Assembly: GCA_049578945.1 (NCBI GenBank)
Contig: JBAUMX010000101.1
Location: 8,864 to 72,863, forward strand
Length of the DNA: 64,000 bases
Reading direction: 5' to 3'
DNA from: Candidatus Cybelea sp.
Lineage (GTDB): Bacteria > Vulcanimicrobiota > Vulcanimicrobiia > Vulcanimicrobiales > Vulcanimicrobiaceae
The notes under the pieces are model-generated. The model ran no database searches and was not told the DNA's origin. It saw nothing but the letters and a program-made list of their open reading frames with translations. This document shows positions 36,834-46,879 of this stretch, one piece after another. A program made the position numbers and the translations under genes. The first letter of the stretch is position 1. Each line of letters opens with the position of its first letter.

Positions 36834-38293
36834 CGGCGGCGCGCCGCCTCGCGCTGTTGGCGGCTTTTGCGCTGCCCGCGATCGTCTATTTCGCAAGCGC
36901 ATCCCGGGAACCGGCCTCTTGGGATACGGCCGAGCTGCAAGGCGTGCCGTACATTCTCGGCATCTCACATCCGACCGGATTCCCGTTCTACGTTTTAGTC
37001 GGCTACGTTTGGTCGCACGCCGTTGTGTTCGGGACGGTGGCGTGGCGCATGAACGCAATGAGCGGCGTAGCCATCGCGACCGCTGCGGCCGCGGCCTACG
37101 CGCTTGCGCTCGAGTTCGGAGCCAGCATTCCGGTCGCGCTGTTAGCGACGTTCTGGTTCGCGTTCACGCAAAACGTATGGGCGCACGCCGCTCGCGCCGA
37201 AGCGCAAGATCTTGCCGTTGCATGCTGCGCGCTCGCGATCTACGCGTTTACGCGTTGGCTGCGCGGCGCCGCCGACGTCTGGTTCGCAGCGGCCTTCGTG
37301 CTCTGCGGCCTTGGCATCGCGGCGCATCCAAACGCCCTTTGGATTCTGCCGGCGTTGGTCATCGGTGCGATCGTTGCAAAGCGCCGCCCGCGAATGCGGG
37401 TCGTTGCCGTATCGGCCGGACTGGCCGTCGCGTGCATCGCGCTCTATCTCTACCTTCCGCTTCGCTCGGAGTACGTTGTCGCGAATCATCTCGATCCGGC
37501 CGGGACGCTGCCCGGCGCCGGCGGCGACATCTTTTGGAACTACAACGATCCGCGAACGTTCCACGGGCTGGTTCGCGAACTAACGGGCAGCGAATTCAAG
37601 ACCCCTACGTACTTCCTCGCGTCGTTCAATCCGGTTCATCTCGAGCAGGCGCTGTGGGCGTTCGTCAGCACCTTGCACCAGCAGTACGACGCGTTGGCAA
37701 CGTTCCTCGTATTCGGCGGCCTCATCGCTGCTTGGCGCCGGGACTGGCGGACGACGCTCGTCGTCTGCCTCGCATGCACCGCCGGGCTACTCTTCTCGGT
37801 CGTGTATCCAAACGAGAGCGACGTGGGACGCTACCGGCTGCTCACCTCGTGGTTAGCCGTCCCGCTTTTCGGCGCGCTCACACCTGCTTCTAAAGGCCGG
37901 CTCGGACTCGTCTTGCACGGTCTGCTGATCGTCTATCTTGCGGGTGGGGCGAGCCTTGCGTTTGAACGGCAGCGCGGCTTCTTTCACCACACTCCCGGCG
38001 AGGGTGGCCGCTGGGTGATCCAGGCGGTGGGCCCATACGTCCCGCCGCACAGCGTCCTCGTCAGCAGCTGGCTCGATGCCACCTCCCTAGCCTACGGAGC
38101 ATACGTTGACGGGTCGCTACCCGGGCGCATCATCGTCTCGGACGATCAGTTCAACATTACGCGCTACCGTGGGTGGGCAAAGAATCACCGCGTTTTCGTT
38201 CTCATCAACCCCCACGACGTAAGCCAGATTCCGGGAGCACGCGACTTCGCCACCCTGGACCAGTACCACGAGCTCTACCTGGTCCCGCCTTGA
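36830..38293 (+). CDS. DUF2723-domain membrane glycosyltransferase-like protein
   Basis: Start taken at GTG 36830, which overlaps the tricorn stop (GTGA). WDTAELQGVPYILGISHPTGFPFYVLVGYVW matches the DUF2723 N-terminal motif. Many TM segments. The upstream 68 codons of the track ORF are Arg-rich. Confidence 0.8.
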   Translation: MTAARRLALLAAFALPAIVYFASASREPASWDTAELQGVPYILGISHPTGFPFYVLVGYVWSHAVVFGTVAWRMNAMSGVAIATAAAAAYALALEFGASIPVALLATFWFAFTQNVWAHAARAEAQDLAVACCALAIYAFTRWLRGAADVWFAAAFVLCGLGIAAHPNALWILPALVIGAIVAKRRPRMRVVAVSAGLAVACIALYLYLPLRSEYVVANHLDPAGTLPGAGGDIFWNYNDPRTFHGLVRELTGSEFKTPTYFLASFNPVHLEQALWAFVSTLHQQYDALATFLVFGGLIAAWRRDWRTTLVVCLACTAGLLFSVVYPNESDVGRYRLLTSWLAVPLFGALTPASKGRLGLVLHGLLIVYLAGGASLAFERQRGFFHHTPGEGGRWVIQAVGPYVPPHSVLVSSWLDATSLAYGAYVDGSLPGRIIVSDDQFNITRYRGWAKNHRVFVLINPHDVSQIPGARDFATLDQYHELYLVPP

Positions 38294-38334
38294 CTTTTGA
38301 TCCGCACACCTGCTATATCGGATAAATATTTATC
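38290..38334 (+). promoter_or_regulatory. putative sigma70-type promoter plus palindromic operator upstream of aceA
   Basis: TTGACT at 38290..38295, an 18-nt spacer ending in TGc, and TATATC at 38314..38319. Immediately after it comes the perfect 14-bp palindrome GATAAATATTTATC (38321..38334), in a locally AT-rich patch of a GC-rich genome. Confidence 0.5.
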
Positions 38335-38417
38335 GGGCCAAAATTAAAGACTTAACCATCCAATGTTGGCCAAGCAACAACCCAGACCGATCCAAAAGTT
38401 TGGGAAGGAGTAGACCA

Positions 38418-39683
38418 GTGAGCTGGAACGAGAGCCGATGGCAGGGTATCGAGCGACGATACACGGCAGACGCCGTGCGGCGACTGCGGGGTAGCTTCGT
38501 CGCCGAGCAGAGCTTTGCGCGCATGGGCGCAGAGCGTCTCTGGCAAGATTTACAGGCCGATGCGCCGGTAACGGCGCTCGGAACGCTGACCGGCAATCAG
38601 GCAGTGCAAGCAGCGCGTGCTGGGTTGCGGGCCCTCTACTGCAGCGGCTGGCAGGTCGCCGCCGACGCCAACGCTGCCGGCGAGATGTATCCCGATCAGA
38701 GCCTCTACCCGGTGAACAGCGTGCCCGCGCTCGTCGAGCGGCTGAACAACGCGCTTGCACGCCTCGACCAAATCGAGTCGCTCGAGGGACGCGGCGGAAC
38801 GCACTGGTATTTACCGATCGTCGCCGATGCCGAAGCCGGCTTTGGCGGCCCGCTCAACGTCTTCGAGCTGATGAAGGCGATGATCCGCGCCGGCGCAGCC
38901 GGCGTGCACTTCGAAGATCAGCTCAGCTCCGAAAAGAAGTGCGGGCATTTAGGTGGCAAGGTGCTGATTCCGACCCAGCAAGCGGTGCGCCATTTGACTG
39001 CCGCGCGTCTCGCCGCCGACGTGCTCGACGTGCCGACCGTTCTGATCGCGCGTACCGATGCGAACGCCGCGAAGCTCGTCACCAGCGACGTCGATCCGAG
39101 CGATCGCGGTTTTCTCACCGGCGAACGGACTCCCGAAGGCTTTTACGTCACGCAACCCGGGATCGACGCCTGCATCGCGCGCGGCTTGGCGTACGCGCCG
39201 TACGCCGATCTCATTTGGATGGAGACCTCGGAACCGAACCTCGAGGAAGCCGGCCGCTTTGCCGACGCGATCCACGCGCGCTATCCCGGCAAATTGCTGG
39301 CCTACAACTGCTCGCCGTCCTTTAACTGGAAGAAGAAGCTCGACAGCGCGACGATCGCAGCCTTCCAAGACCGGCTCAACGCGCAGGGGTACAAGTTCCA
39401 GTTCGTGACGCTAGCCGGCTTCCACGCGCTCAATCACAGTTTCTTTGCGCTCGCACACGACTTCAAAACGCGCGGCATGACGGCGTACGCCGAGTTTCAA
39501 GCGCAGGAGTTTGCATCCGAGCCGCTCGGCTACACGGCGACGCGCCACCAGCGCGAGGTCGGGACCGGCTACTTCGACGAAGTCGCGAGCGTGATCGGCG
39601 AAGGCAACGTCTCGACGACCGCGCTGAACGGCTCGACCGAAGCCGAGCAGTTTTATGACATCGACGTTAGAGTGTCGGCCTAG
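38418..39683 (+). CDS. aceA: isocitrate lyase
   Basis: KKCGHLGGK signature, plus [13 protein letters not shown] prefer GTG 38418, which is preceded by GGAAGGAG at 7-nt spacing, over TTG 38400. Confidence 0.95.
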   Translation: MSWNESRWQGIERRYTADAVRRLRGSFVAEQSFARMGAERLWQDLQADAPVTALGTLTGNQAVQAARAGLRALYCSGWQVAADANAAGEMYPDQSLYPVNSVPALVERLNNALARLDQIESLEGRGGTHWYLPIVADAEAGFGGPLNVFELMKAMIRAGAAGVHFEDQLSSEKKCGHLGGKVLIPTQQAVRHLTAARLAADVLDVPTVLIARTDANAAKLVTSDVDPSDRGFLTGERTPEGFYVTQPGIDACIARGLAYAPYADLIWMETSEPNLEEAGRFADAIHARYPGKLLAYNCSPSFNWKKKLDSATIAAFQDRLNAQGYKFQFVTLAGFHALNHSFFALAHDFKTRGMTAYAEFQAQEFASEPLGYTATRHQREVGTGYFDEVASVIGEGNVSTTALNGSTEAEQFYDIDVRVSA

Positions 39684-39847
39684 GAGCTTGTCGGACTTGG
39701 GCCTTTTGCGGATTCGGTGCCGATTTTTGTTCGAAGACGAGGCGGCGAAGAGGGAGCGAAGCCGTAGCTTCGTGACCGATGAGCAACGAAGTATTCGGAC
39801 AAAAGGCGGCCCGAAGACGCGGAAGCGCCTAAGTCCGACAAGCTCCT
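39682..39847. repeat. 166-nt inverted-repeat element filling the aceA-aceB spacer
   Basis: AGGAGCTTGTCGGACTT (39682..39698) is the perfect reverse complement of AAGTCCGACAAGCTCCT (39831..39847). Inner pairings include GGGCC..TTTTG with CAAAAGG(CGG)CCC and a central hairpin CGAAGC-CGTA-GCTTCG. The left arm overlaps the aceA stop and the right arm ends 4 nt before the aceB GTG. Confidence 0.75.
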
Positions 39848-39851
39848 TCAG

Positions 39852-41354
39852 GTGAACGTCGCTCCGGCCGGCGCGGTCGAGCGCGACCTGCCCGCCGGAT
39901 TCATCGCATTTTATCTGCCGCTGCACCGGCGCTTCACCGCGGCGCAGCAAGCGCTCGCACAGGCGCGCAAGGAGCGGCTCGCGCGCGCGCACGCCGGCGA
40001 ACTTCCGCATTTTCTCCCGCCATCCGAGGCGACGCGTTCGTCGTGGCGGATCGAAGTGCCCGACTGGTGCGCGGATCAACGCAATCAGATGACCGGCCCC
40101 GCCGACGACGGCGAGCTCTGCGTAAAGATGCTCAACTCCGGGGCTCCGGGAGTAATGCTCGACCTTGAAGACTCGATGGCCAACACTTGGGACCATCTGA
40201 TGCTCGGGCATCGCAACATCGTCGCCGCGCTCTACGGCGAGCTGACGTACGAAGACGCAAAGCGTGGAGGCACGGTCGCGATCGCGCCGAGCCCGACCGT
40301 TGCGTGGAACCGCGTGCGCGGGCTTCATCTCGCTCAAGCCGGCGTCATCTCACACGTTCTCACGAGCGCCTCGCTCTTCGATCTCGCGCTGCTCGTCTTC
40401 AACCTGGATTACGAGCGGTTGCGCCATCCGCTCTGCATCTACATTCCCAAATCGGAGTCGGCGCAAGAGGCGCTTTGGTGGAAGGATGTCTTCGACGCGC
40501 TGATCGCGGCGAAAGGCTGGAGACACGATGCGATCAAGGCGATGGCGTTGATCGAATCGCATCCGATCGCCTACGAGTTCGAAGAGTTCCTGTATAATCT
40601 GCGCGAGTACATTCTGGGATTGAACCTCGGCCGCTGGGATTACATGGCCAGCCTGATCCACTACAATCTAGCGGATCCGCGCTGGCTGCTCCCGGATCGC
40701 AACACGATCCCATTCGACGTCGCCTTCTTTCAGCGCGTGCGCACGCTCTTGCCCGAACTGACGCACAAGCACGGCGCGCTTGCGATCGGCGGCATGACCG
40801 CGCTCTACCCCAGCCGCGAGGATCCCGAGCTCAACGCGCGCGCGCTCACGGTGCTGGAGCGCGACAAGGCCAACGAGGCGGCCTGCCTGATGGATGGCGC
40901 ATGGACCGGCCATCCCGACCAAAACGCGATCGCGGTCGCGCAGTTTCCATATCCTAATCAGCTGGAACGACGCCCGTCGCTAGAAACGAATCAACCCGAT
41001 CTCCGGCCGGTCCCCGCCGGCGTCGGCGCGACGACGCTGGACGGAACGCGGGCTGCCGTTCGTACCGTCATTCGCTATCGCAACGGCGTGCTCGAAGGGC
41101 GCGGAGCGAGCCTGCTCGACGGCTACATGGAAGATCTCGCGACCGACCGAATCTACCGCCTGATGATCGCGCAGCGCCTGCGTTATCCCGGCCTTTACAC
41201 GCCAGCGTCGGTCGGCGCCGCGTTCGATGAGGAGCTGGAACGAATTCTTGCCGAGCTTCCCGCCGACGCGAACCCAGAGACCCGCAGCCGGTATCGCCGA
41301 GCGCGCGACATCTCCGAAGCGATGATCGCCGGCGGCACGTTCGACCCCACGTAA
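39852..41354 (+). CDS. aceB: malate synthase A
   Basis: 500 aa. Has MLNSGAPGVMLDLEDSMANTW, IYIPKSES and LNLGRWDYMASLI, in the order expected for A-type malate synthase. Confidence 0.9.
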   Translation: MNVAPAGAVERDLPAGFIAFYLPLHRRFTAAQQALAQARKERLARAHAGELPHFLPPSEATRSSWRIEVPDWCADQRNQMTGPADDGELCVKMLNSGAPGVMLDLEDSMANTWDHLMLGHRNIVAALYGELTYEDAKRGGTVAIAPSPTVAWNRVRGLHLAQAGVISHVLTSASLFDLALLVFNLDYERLRHPLCIYIPKSESAQEALWWKDVFDALIAAKGWRHDAIKAMALIESHPIAYEFEEFLYNLREYILGLNLGRWDYMASLIHYNLADPRWLLPDRNTIPFDVAFFQRVRTLLPELTHKHGALAIGGMTALYPSREDPELNARALTVLERDKANEAACLMDGAWTGHPDQNAIAVAQFPYPNQLERRPSLETNQPDLRPVPAGVGATTLDGTRAAVRTVIRYRNGVLEGRGASLLDGYMEDLATDRIYRLMIAQRLRYPGLYTPASVGAAFDEELERILAELPADANPETRSRYRRARDISEAMIAGGTFDPT

Positions 41355-41361
41355 TTTCCGC

Positions 41362-42867
41362 GTGCGCATACGGGTCGCGGCGATTGCCGCCCTCGTCACG
41401 CTCGTTCTTCATCTTGCGGCAAACCCGCACTACGGTTTCTTCCGCGACGAGCTCTACTTCATCATCTGCGGCTTTCACCCGGCGTGGGGTTACGTCGATC
41501 AACCGCCGGTCGTGCCGCTGCTCGCCGCCGGCTCGCAGCTCTTTGGCCATTCGCTCTTCGCGCTGCGCGCGATTCCGGCGATCTTTGCGGCCGCCGGCGC
41601 ATACGTCACCTGCTTGCTGGCTTTCGAGTTTGGTGGAGGCACCTTTGCCGCAGTGCTCGCGGTGCTCGCGTATCTCGCGGCCGGCGTTTTAGAGAGCTTC
41701 GGTGCAAAGGTCGGTCCCGACATGCTCGGGCTATGGCTCTGGCCGCTCGCAGCGCTCTACACCCTGCGCATCGTCAAGGGAGCCGATCCCCGCTGGTGGC
41801 TCGCCGTGGGTGCCGCGACGGGAGTCGCAATCGAAAGCAAATATAGCGTGCTCTTCTTCGCCGTCGCGCTGGTGGCCGGGTTGGCGCTGACGCCCCAGCG
41901 CCGAGTGATGGGCTCGCGATGGTTTTATGCGGGAGCCGGCGTGGCGGCGATCATCGCGTTTCCGAATTTCCTCTGGCAGGCGCTGCACGGATTTCCGATG
42001 TGGCAACTGCTTCGAAACGGCGCCAACGGCAAGAACGTCGTCGCGGGCCCGCTGCTTTTACTTTTTCAGCAGCTGCTGCTAACCAATCTCTTCACCTCGC
42101 CGATCTGGATCGTAGGGCTGATTTGGCTGCTTCGGAATGCGACGGCACGGTTTCTCGGATACGCGTACCTCATCCTCATCGCGATGATGATCGCGCTGCA
42201 CGCGAAACACTATTATCCGGCCGATGTATATCCAATCCTGATGGCCGGCGGCGGCGTTGCGATCGAATCCTGGATCGGCGCGCCGCTTGCGCGCGGCGCG
42301 ATCGTCACGGCGACCGTCGCCGCCTGGTTATTCTTCGCGCCGTTCTCGTTGCCGGTGCTATCTGAGCCCGCGATGCTCGACTACTCGCGTTTTGTCGGCA
42401 GCGTGCTGCACGTCCCGCGATCCGCGCTCGCGACCGAGAAGAAGCGCACGTCCGCCCTACCCGAGGACTGGGCAGACATGCACGGCTGGCCGGAGCTGGC
42501 CGCAACGGTGGCGCGAATTTACTATTCGCTTCCGGCGCAGCAACGCAATCAGGCGGCGATCGTTGCAAGCAACTACGGTGAGGCTGCGGCGATCGACTTT
42601 TTCGGCACGCGGTACGGCTTGCCGCCGGCGCTCTCCGGCCATAATAACTACTGGCTTTGGGGTACGCACGGCTACAGCGGAAACGTCGTCATCGACGTCA
42701 ACGGCGACTGCGGGGCCGGCCGGCACCTCTTTCGAACTGCGCGTCTGGCGGCTCGATTCAATCCGCCTTGGGTCATCTCGTACGAGCAGAACATTCCGAT
42801 CATGGTCTGCACCGGCATTCGAACGCCGATCTCGGAGCTCTGGCCGAAGCTACGTCTTTATATTTAG
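41362..42867 (+). CDS. GT39/ArnT-like (GT-C fold) membrane glycosyltransferase
   Basis: 501 aa with about 11 hydrophobic segments. Has an N-terminal FRDELYF loop (DE motif) and a soluble C-terminal domain. Confidence 0.75.
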   Translation: MRIRVAAIAALVTLVLHLAANPHYGFFRDELYFIICGFHPAWGYVDQPPVVPLLAAGSQLFGHSLFALRAIPAIFAAAGAYVTCLLAFEFGGGTFAAVLAVLAYLAAGVLESFGAKVGPDMLGLWLWPLAALYTLRIVKGADPRWWLAVGAATGVAIESKYSVLFFAVALVAGLALTPQRRVMGSRWFYAGAGVAAIIAFPNFLWQALHGFPMWQLLRNGANGKNVVAGPLLLLFQQLLLTNLFTSPIWIVGLIWLLRNATARFLGYAYLILIAMMIALHAKHYYPADVYPILMAGGGVAIESWIGAPLARGAIVTATVAAWLFFAPFSLPVLSEPAMLDYSRFVGSVLHVPRSALATEKKRTSALPEDWADMHGWPELAATVARIYYSLPAQQRNQAAIVASNYGEAAAIDFFGTRYGLPPALSGHNNYWLWGTHGYSGNVVIDVNGDCGAGRHLFRTARLAARFNPPWVISYEQNIPIMVCTGIRTPISELWPKLRLYI

Positions 42868-44406
42868 CCAGCTTTCGATCGCGCTGAAGAGCGCGGGATC
42901 GAGATACGACGGCGTGAAGTACTCGCCGCCCGTCGAGGTCTCACCCGCGCCGAGCTTGATGAAGAGATGGTCGTCGCCCGGCAGCATGACGAGCGTCAGC
43001 TTTCGGTTTGCGGAACGCGCCGCCTCGACCAGACGCGGCGTGTCGGCGGCGAGCACTTGAATATCTTTCGTGCCTTGCACGATCAAAATTGGGCACGGCA
43101 CCTTTGCGATCAGTGCAGCCGGGTCGATCCCGAACGAACTGCGTAACCAGACGGCAAATGCGTCCGTTCTCTTCCCCGCCGCGACTGCGCTGATGTAAGC
43201 TCGAGCTCGTTTCTCAGCAGCCGCGCGCTGGCCGGCGGGCGCGTCGCGAGTCAACTGCTTGAAAAGGACTTGCTCGAGCGGGAGCGCCGGCGGAGCCAGC
43301 AAGACGATGCCGCGCAGGTGGCCGTCGGCGATCGCGATGGAAGGCGCGAGCTCGCCGCCTTCGCTATGCCCGAGCACGAAGATGCGGCTCGGGTCGATGC
43401 CGGGCTGCGCGCGCAAATATGCAATCACGTCGCGTGCGTCGGCGATCAAGCGAACGCGGGTCGCGAAAGTGCCCCCGCTCTTTCCGCACGAGCGTTTGTC
43501 GTAGCGCAAGACAGCATAACCGCCGTTCGACAAGGCGTTGGCCAGCTGCGCAAAGACTTTGTTTGGACCAATTGTCTCGTCGCGATCGATGCAGCCGCTG
43601 CCGTGGACGAAGACGAACGCCGGAACGGCCGCCGCCGCGGCATCCGGCATCGAGATGGTCCCGGCGAGTGTCACACCGTCGCCGGCACGAATCGAAACGT
43701 CGCGTGACGTGTATCGGGCGGCCGGTAACGGAACCGGGGTCGCGGCGCTGGGCTGCGGCAAAGGCAACACTTGCGAGCTCTGCGACTGCAGCACGATCGA
43801 GGCTTGCTGCGACGCGACGTCGAGGCGCTCGAGCACGAAGGTATGCGGATCGAATGCGAGGTTAACATCGACGCCGTCGGTGCCGTGAACGCTCAGCGAA
43901 CCGGTTCCACTGCTCGTGACACTCAGCGGCACCGCCAAGAATCCGCCGCCGCAAACGCACGCGAGCGTCAGTTTCTCGCCGCCGCCGGCGTGGAGCGTGG
44001 CAGGCGCTTGCGCCCAGGCCGCAACTAGATTGTCGCTTACCAGGAACGGCGCGTCGGGTGCTGCCGAAACCTTCTTGGTGATTTTGCCTTGCGTCACCGT
44101 TGCGTCATTTCCGACGACCGTGACGACCGCGCGTCCGGCGGTGCTATCGACCGTGTAAGAAAGCGTGGCAAACGTCGACTCTTCGAGCCTGCGAACGGAG
44201 CTCAAGCTAACTCCAGCTACGTCTGCTCGTTCTTCCATGACGATGACGGCGCCATCGCGATGAACGACGATCGTGCTGTTACCAACGGTACGGCCGCCGA
44301 GGCCGATCGCGTAGCGGTAGGTTCCGTCGGGGAGAATCGTTGCCTTCGGCGCCGAGGCCGCGACTGCGCACAGTAACAACGCGATAGCGACGAAGAACGT
44401 CCTCAC
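42850..44406 (-). CDS. secreted alpha/beta hydrolase (S9/dienelactone-hydrolase-like) with N-terminal beta-rich domain
   Basis: Signal peptide MRTFFVAIALLLCAVAASA. Hydrolase half has VFVHGSGCIDRDE...LRYDKRSCGKSGG and the nucleophile elbow GHSEGG. Confidence 0.8.
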   Translation of the reverse strand: MRTFFVAIALLLCAVAASAPKATILPDGTYRYAIGLGGRTVGNSTIVVHRDGAVIVMEERADVAGVSLSSVRRLEESTFATLSYTVDSTAGRAVVTVVGNDATVTQGKITKKVSAAPDAPFLVSDNLVAAWAQAPATLHAGGGEKLTLACVCGGGFLAVPLSVTSSGTGSLSVHGTDGVDVNLAFDPHTFVLERLDVASQQASIVLQSQSSQVLPLPQPSAATPVPLPAARYTSRDVSIRAGDGVTLAGTISMPDAAAAAVPAFVFVHGSGCIDRDETIGPNKVFAQLANALSNGGYAVLRYDKRSCGKSGGTFATRVRLIADARDVIAYLRAQPGIDPSRIFVLGHSEGGELAPSIAIADGHLRGIVLLAPPALPLEQVLFKQLTRDAPAGQRAAAEKRARAYISAVAAGKRTDAFAVWLRSSFGIDPAALIAKVPCPILIVQGTKDIQVLAADTPRLVEAARSANRKLTLVMLPGDDHLFIKLGAGETSTGGEYFTPSYLDPALFSAIESWLNIKT

Positions 44407-45230
44407 GAAGTAACCTCAATTCCGAGCGCCCGTAGGAGCTTGGGATAGACGAGTTCCGTGCATCCTTGCGGTTGGCCAGGGTCGATGATGTCGTGTAACG
44501 TCGGCAAATCCATTAGCTCGACGTACTCGACGCCGGCCGGTTTCCGGCGTGACCAGAGCTCGGAGATATGCTTGGTTACCGCGTTATTCACCGCGGGGTC
44601 GTTGCGGTTCACGAGCGTGACGATACGCTGCGTAAGCGGCGCCTGGCGGCGCGCGGCTGCATCGACTGCGTCGCCGATACGCAGCATTTGTGCAAGCGCC
44701 CGCGTCGAGAAGCGCGGATAGGCGGTTGCAGGCGGCGCGTCCGCGCGCACGCGCGGGTCCCACCAGAGGAACGCATTCGGCAGCATCAATGCGAGCCGCT
44801 GCACCAGACGGCTGACCCAATACGGAAGGTGCGGAAGCGCGAAAATCGGCGCGATTGGAACCGCGCGGTCGATCGCGCGAAACTGCGCGGCGTGTGCAGC
44901 GAGCAGGCCACCCAGCGAGATTCCAAGGACGGCCACGCGGCTTCCGAGCCCGGAGCCGATGTCGACCGCCTCGGCGGCGGCTCCGAGCAGCATCTCGGCA
45001 GTGACTTCGGCGGTTCGCGACGTAAGCCGGTCACGATGGCCGTGCCGCGGAAAGCGAGGAACGAAGACGTTCACGCCGTGCGCGTGCAGCAGCGGCGCGA
45101 ACCGCGCGTATTGCGCCGGGTTATTGGTCAGCCCGTGAAAGAGCACGACCGCGAGCGGGGTGGTGCCGCCGCACTCGAGCAACTGCGTCCGAGCCTCCGG
45201 CAAGATGTGCTCGCCGTCGCGCGCCATCAA
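44403..45230 (-). CDS. alpha/beta fold hydrolase
   Basis: 275 aa. Has LFHGLTNNPAQY...PRFPRHGH and GISLGG (GxSxG). Paralogous to 45986..46876. Confidence 0.8.
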   Translation of the reverse strand: MMARDGEHILPEARTQLLECGGTTPLAVVLFHGLTNNPAQYARFAPLLHAHGVNVFVPRFPRHGHRDRLTSRTAEVTAEMLLGAAAEAVDIGSGLGSRVAVLGISLGGLLAAHAAQFRAIDRAVPIAPIFALPHLPYWVSRLVQRLALMLPNAFLWWDPRVRADAPPATAYPRFSTRALAQMLRIGDAVDAAARRQAPLTQRIVTLVNRNDPAVNNAVTKHISELWSRRKPAGVEYVELMDLPTLHDIIDPGQPQGCTELVYPKLLRALGIEVTS

Positions 45231-45287
45231 TGCGCGGGCGCGGTCGAGCGCCTCGCTGTAAGAATATGCTTCAGACCCGCGCTCGAT

Positions 45288-45914
45288 CTAACGATCCTCG
45301 CGTACGCGTTCGTGCCAGGGACAACTGATCAGATGATCGTTGACCAGTCCGGCGGCCTGCATGAACGCGTAGCAGATCGTGGGACCGACGAAGCGAAACC
45401 CGCGTCGGATGAGATCGGCGCTCATCGCGTGCGATTCTTTCGTGGAAGCCGGTACATCCTGCATGCGCCGGCGCCGATTGACGATCGGCTTATTGCCGAC
45501 GAATCGCCAGAGGTAGCTGTCAAAACTCGCGAACTCGTCGCGCAAGCGAAGCAGCGCGCGCGCGTTGCCGATCGCCGATTCGATCTTGGCACGATTGCGG
45601 ATGACACCGGGATCGCACAAAATCTTCTCGACGCGCGCCGGCGTGATGCGAGCAACAACGCTGGGGTCGAAATCTCTAAAGACCACTCGGTAGCGCGCCC
45701 GCTTACGCAGAACGGTCTCCCAGCTCAAGCCGGCTTGCGCCCCTTCGAGTACGATCAGCTCGAAGAGGGAAGAATCGTCGTGGATCGGCACACCCCACTC
45801 CTCGTCGTGATAAGCAATCGAGGCAGGCGTTTGGGCCCAAGGGCAGCGCCGCAGGCCCAGCTCGTTGCCGCGGCGGCTGGGCTGGCGATGGCCGGTTCGT
45901 AACTCTTCGGGCAT
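45288..45914 (-). CDS. tag: DNA-3-methyladenine glycosylase I
   Basis: CPWAQTPASIAYHDEEWGVPIHDDSSLFELIVLEGAQAGLSWETVLRKR is a Tag family hallmark. Confidence 0.92.
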   Translation of the reverse strand: MPEELRTGHRQPSRRGNELGLRRCPWAQTPASIAYHDEEWGVPIHDDSSLFELIVLEGAQAGLSWETVLRKRARYRVVFRDFDPSVVARITPARVEKILCDPGVIRNRAKIESAIGNARALLRLRDEFASFDSYLWRFVGNKPIVNRRRRMQDVPASTKESHAMSADLIRRGFRFVGPTICYAFMQAAGLVNDHLISCPWHERVREDR

Positions 45915-45985
45915 TCGCTCTCCCTAGCTGCTCGCGGTCGTTTGGCCGAAGCTGCGAACTTACAACTAGCGGCTTGTGACGGCCA

Positions 45986-46876
45986 CTACGCCGTCTCTAC
46001 CGTCGCGAGCGGATCGATCGCGCCCAGTAGTTGGGGATGAACGCGATCGGCGAGCCGCCATTTTCGCAGCGGCGAAACGATGTCGTGCGAAGGCGGCAAG
46101 CCGGTGAGTATCGATAGTTCGACGCGCCCGGGATCGTGCCGCCGCCAGTTTCCGTAGAGCTTGCGGATCGCAAAATTGTTCACCGCAGCTTCGGTCCGAT
46201 TGGCGACGATGGTGACGTGCGCCGCGGCGGGGCGGCTCGCGCTCGATTCGTCGAGCAACGACCGCGCGATACGATAAGAGTGCGCGATCGCATGCGTCGC
46301 GTAGCGCGGATAACCATTCGTTGCGAGAAACTGGCGCTCGCGCAGAATCGGATTCCACCAATAAAAACGGTTCGGCACTCGCAGCAATCGCTCGGCGACC
46401 GGGCCCATGAGCCGATTTGGAATCCACGAAACGCCGAAGAACGGTGCGATCGGAACCGCGCGCTCGACCGCGAAATGCTGCGCGGTCCAGGCGGTGAGCA
46501 GGCCTCCGAGCGAAAACCCGGCGACCGTCACGCGCTCGCCGAGATCCTGCGCGATCGCGACGTAATCGGCGACCGCTTCGTAGAGCTCCTCGGCGCGCAA
46601 ACGTTCGAGCGCGGTCGAGAGCGGATCGGCATGACCGTGATGCGGCAAGCGAGGCACGAGCACGTTATAGCCGCGTTCGAAGAGCTCGCGAGCAATCCGC
46701 TCGAACTGGATCGGGCTCGCGCTCATGCCGTGAAGCAGGACGGCCGCGCGCTCGCGCCGCGCGGGCTGCACGTATGCGATCGTGCGCCCCGCAACCGAGA
46801 CGCCGGGATGGTCGCGAGCGATAAGCTGCTCGAGACGGCCGAAGCAGGTAGCCAAGGAAAATTCCTTAACAGCCAT
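45986..46876 (-). CDS. alpha/beta fold hydrolase (paralog of 44403..45230)
   Basis: 296 aa. Has LLHGMSASPIQF...PRLPHHGH and GFSLGG. Confidence 0.8.
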   Translation of the reverse strand: MAVKEFSLATCFGRLEQLIARDHPGVSVAGRTIAYVQPARRERAAVLLHGMSASPIQFERIARELFERGYNVLVPRLPHHGHADPLSTALERLRAEELYEAVADYVAIAQDLGERVTVAGFSLGGLLTAWTAQHFAVERAVPIAPFFGVSWIPNRLMGPVAERLLRVPNRFYWWNPILRERQFLATNGYPRYATHAIAHSYRIARSLLDESSASRPAAAHVTIVANRTEAAVNNFAIRKLYGNWRRHDPGRVELSILTGLPPSHDIVSPLRKWRLADRVHPQLLGAIDPLATVETA

Positions 46877-46879
46877 GGC

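Noticed and set aside
44568-45902. 444-aa + strand ORF
   Set aside because: It is antisense to an alpha/beta hydrolase gene and to tag.
46136-46879. 248-codon N-terminal extension of the rocD ORF
   Set aside because: It is antisense to the hydrolase gene 45986..46876. Ornithine aminotransferase homology begins only at about 46880.
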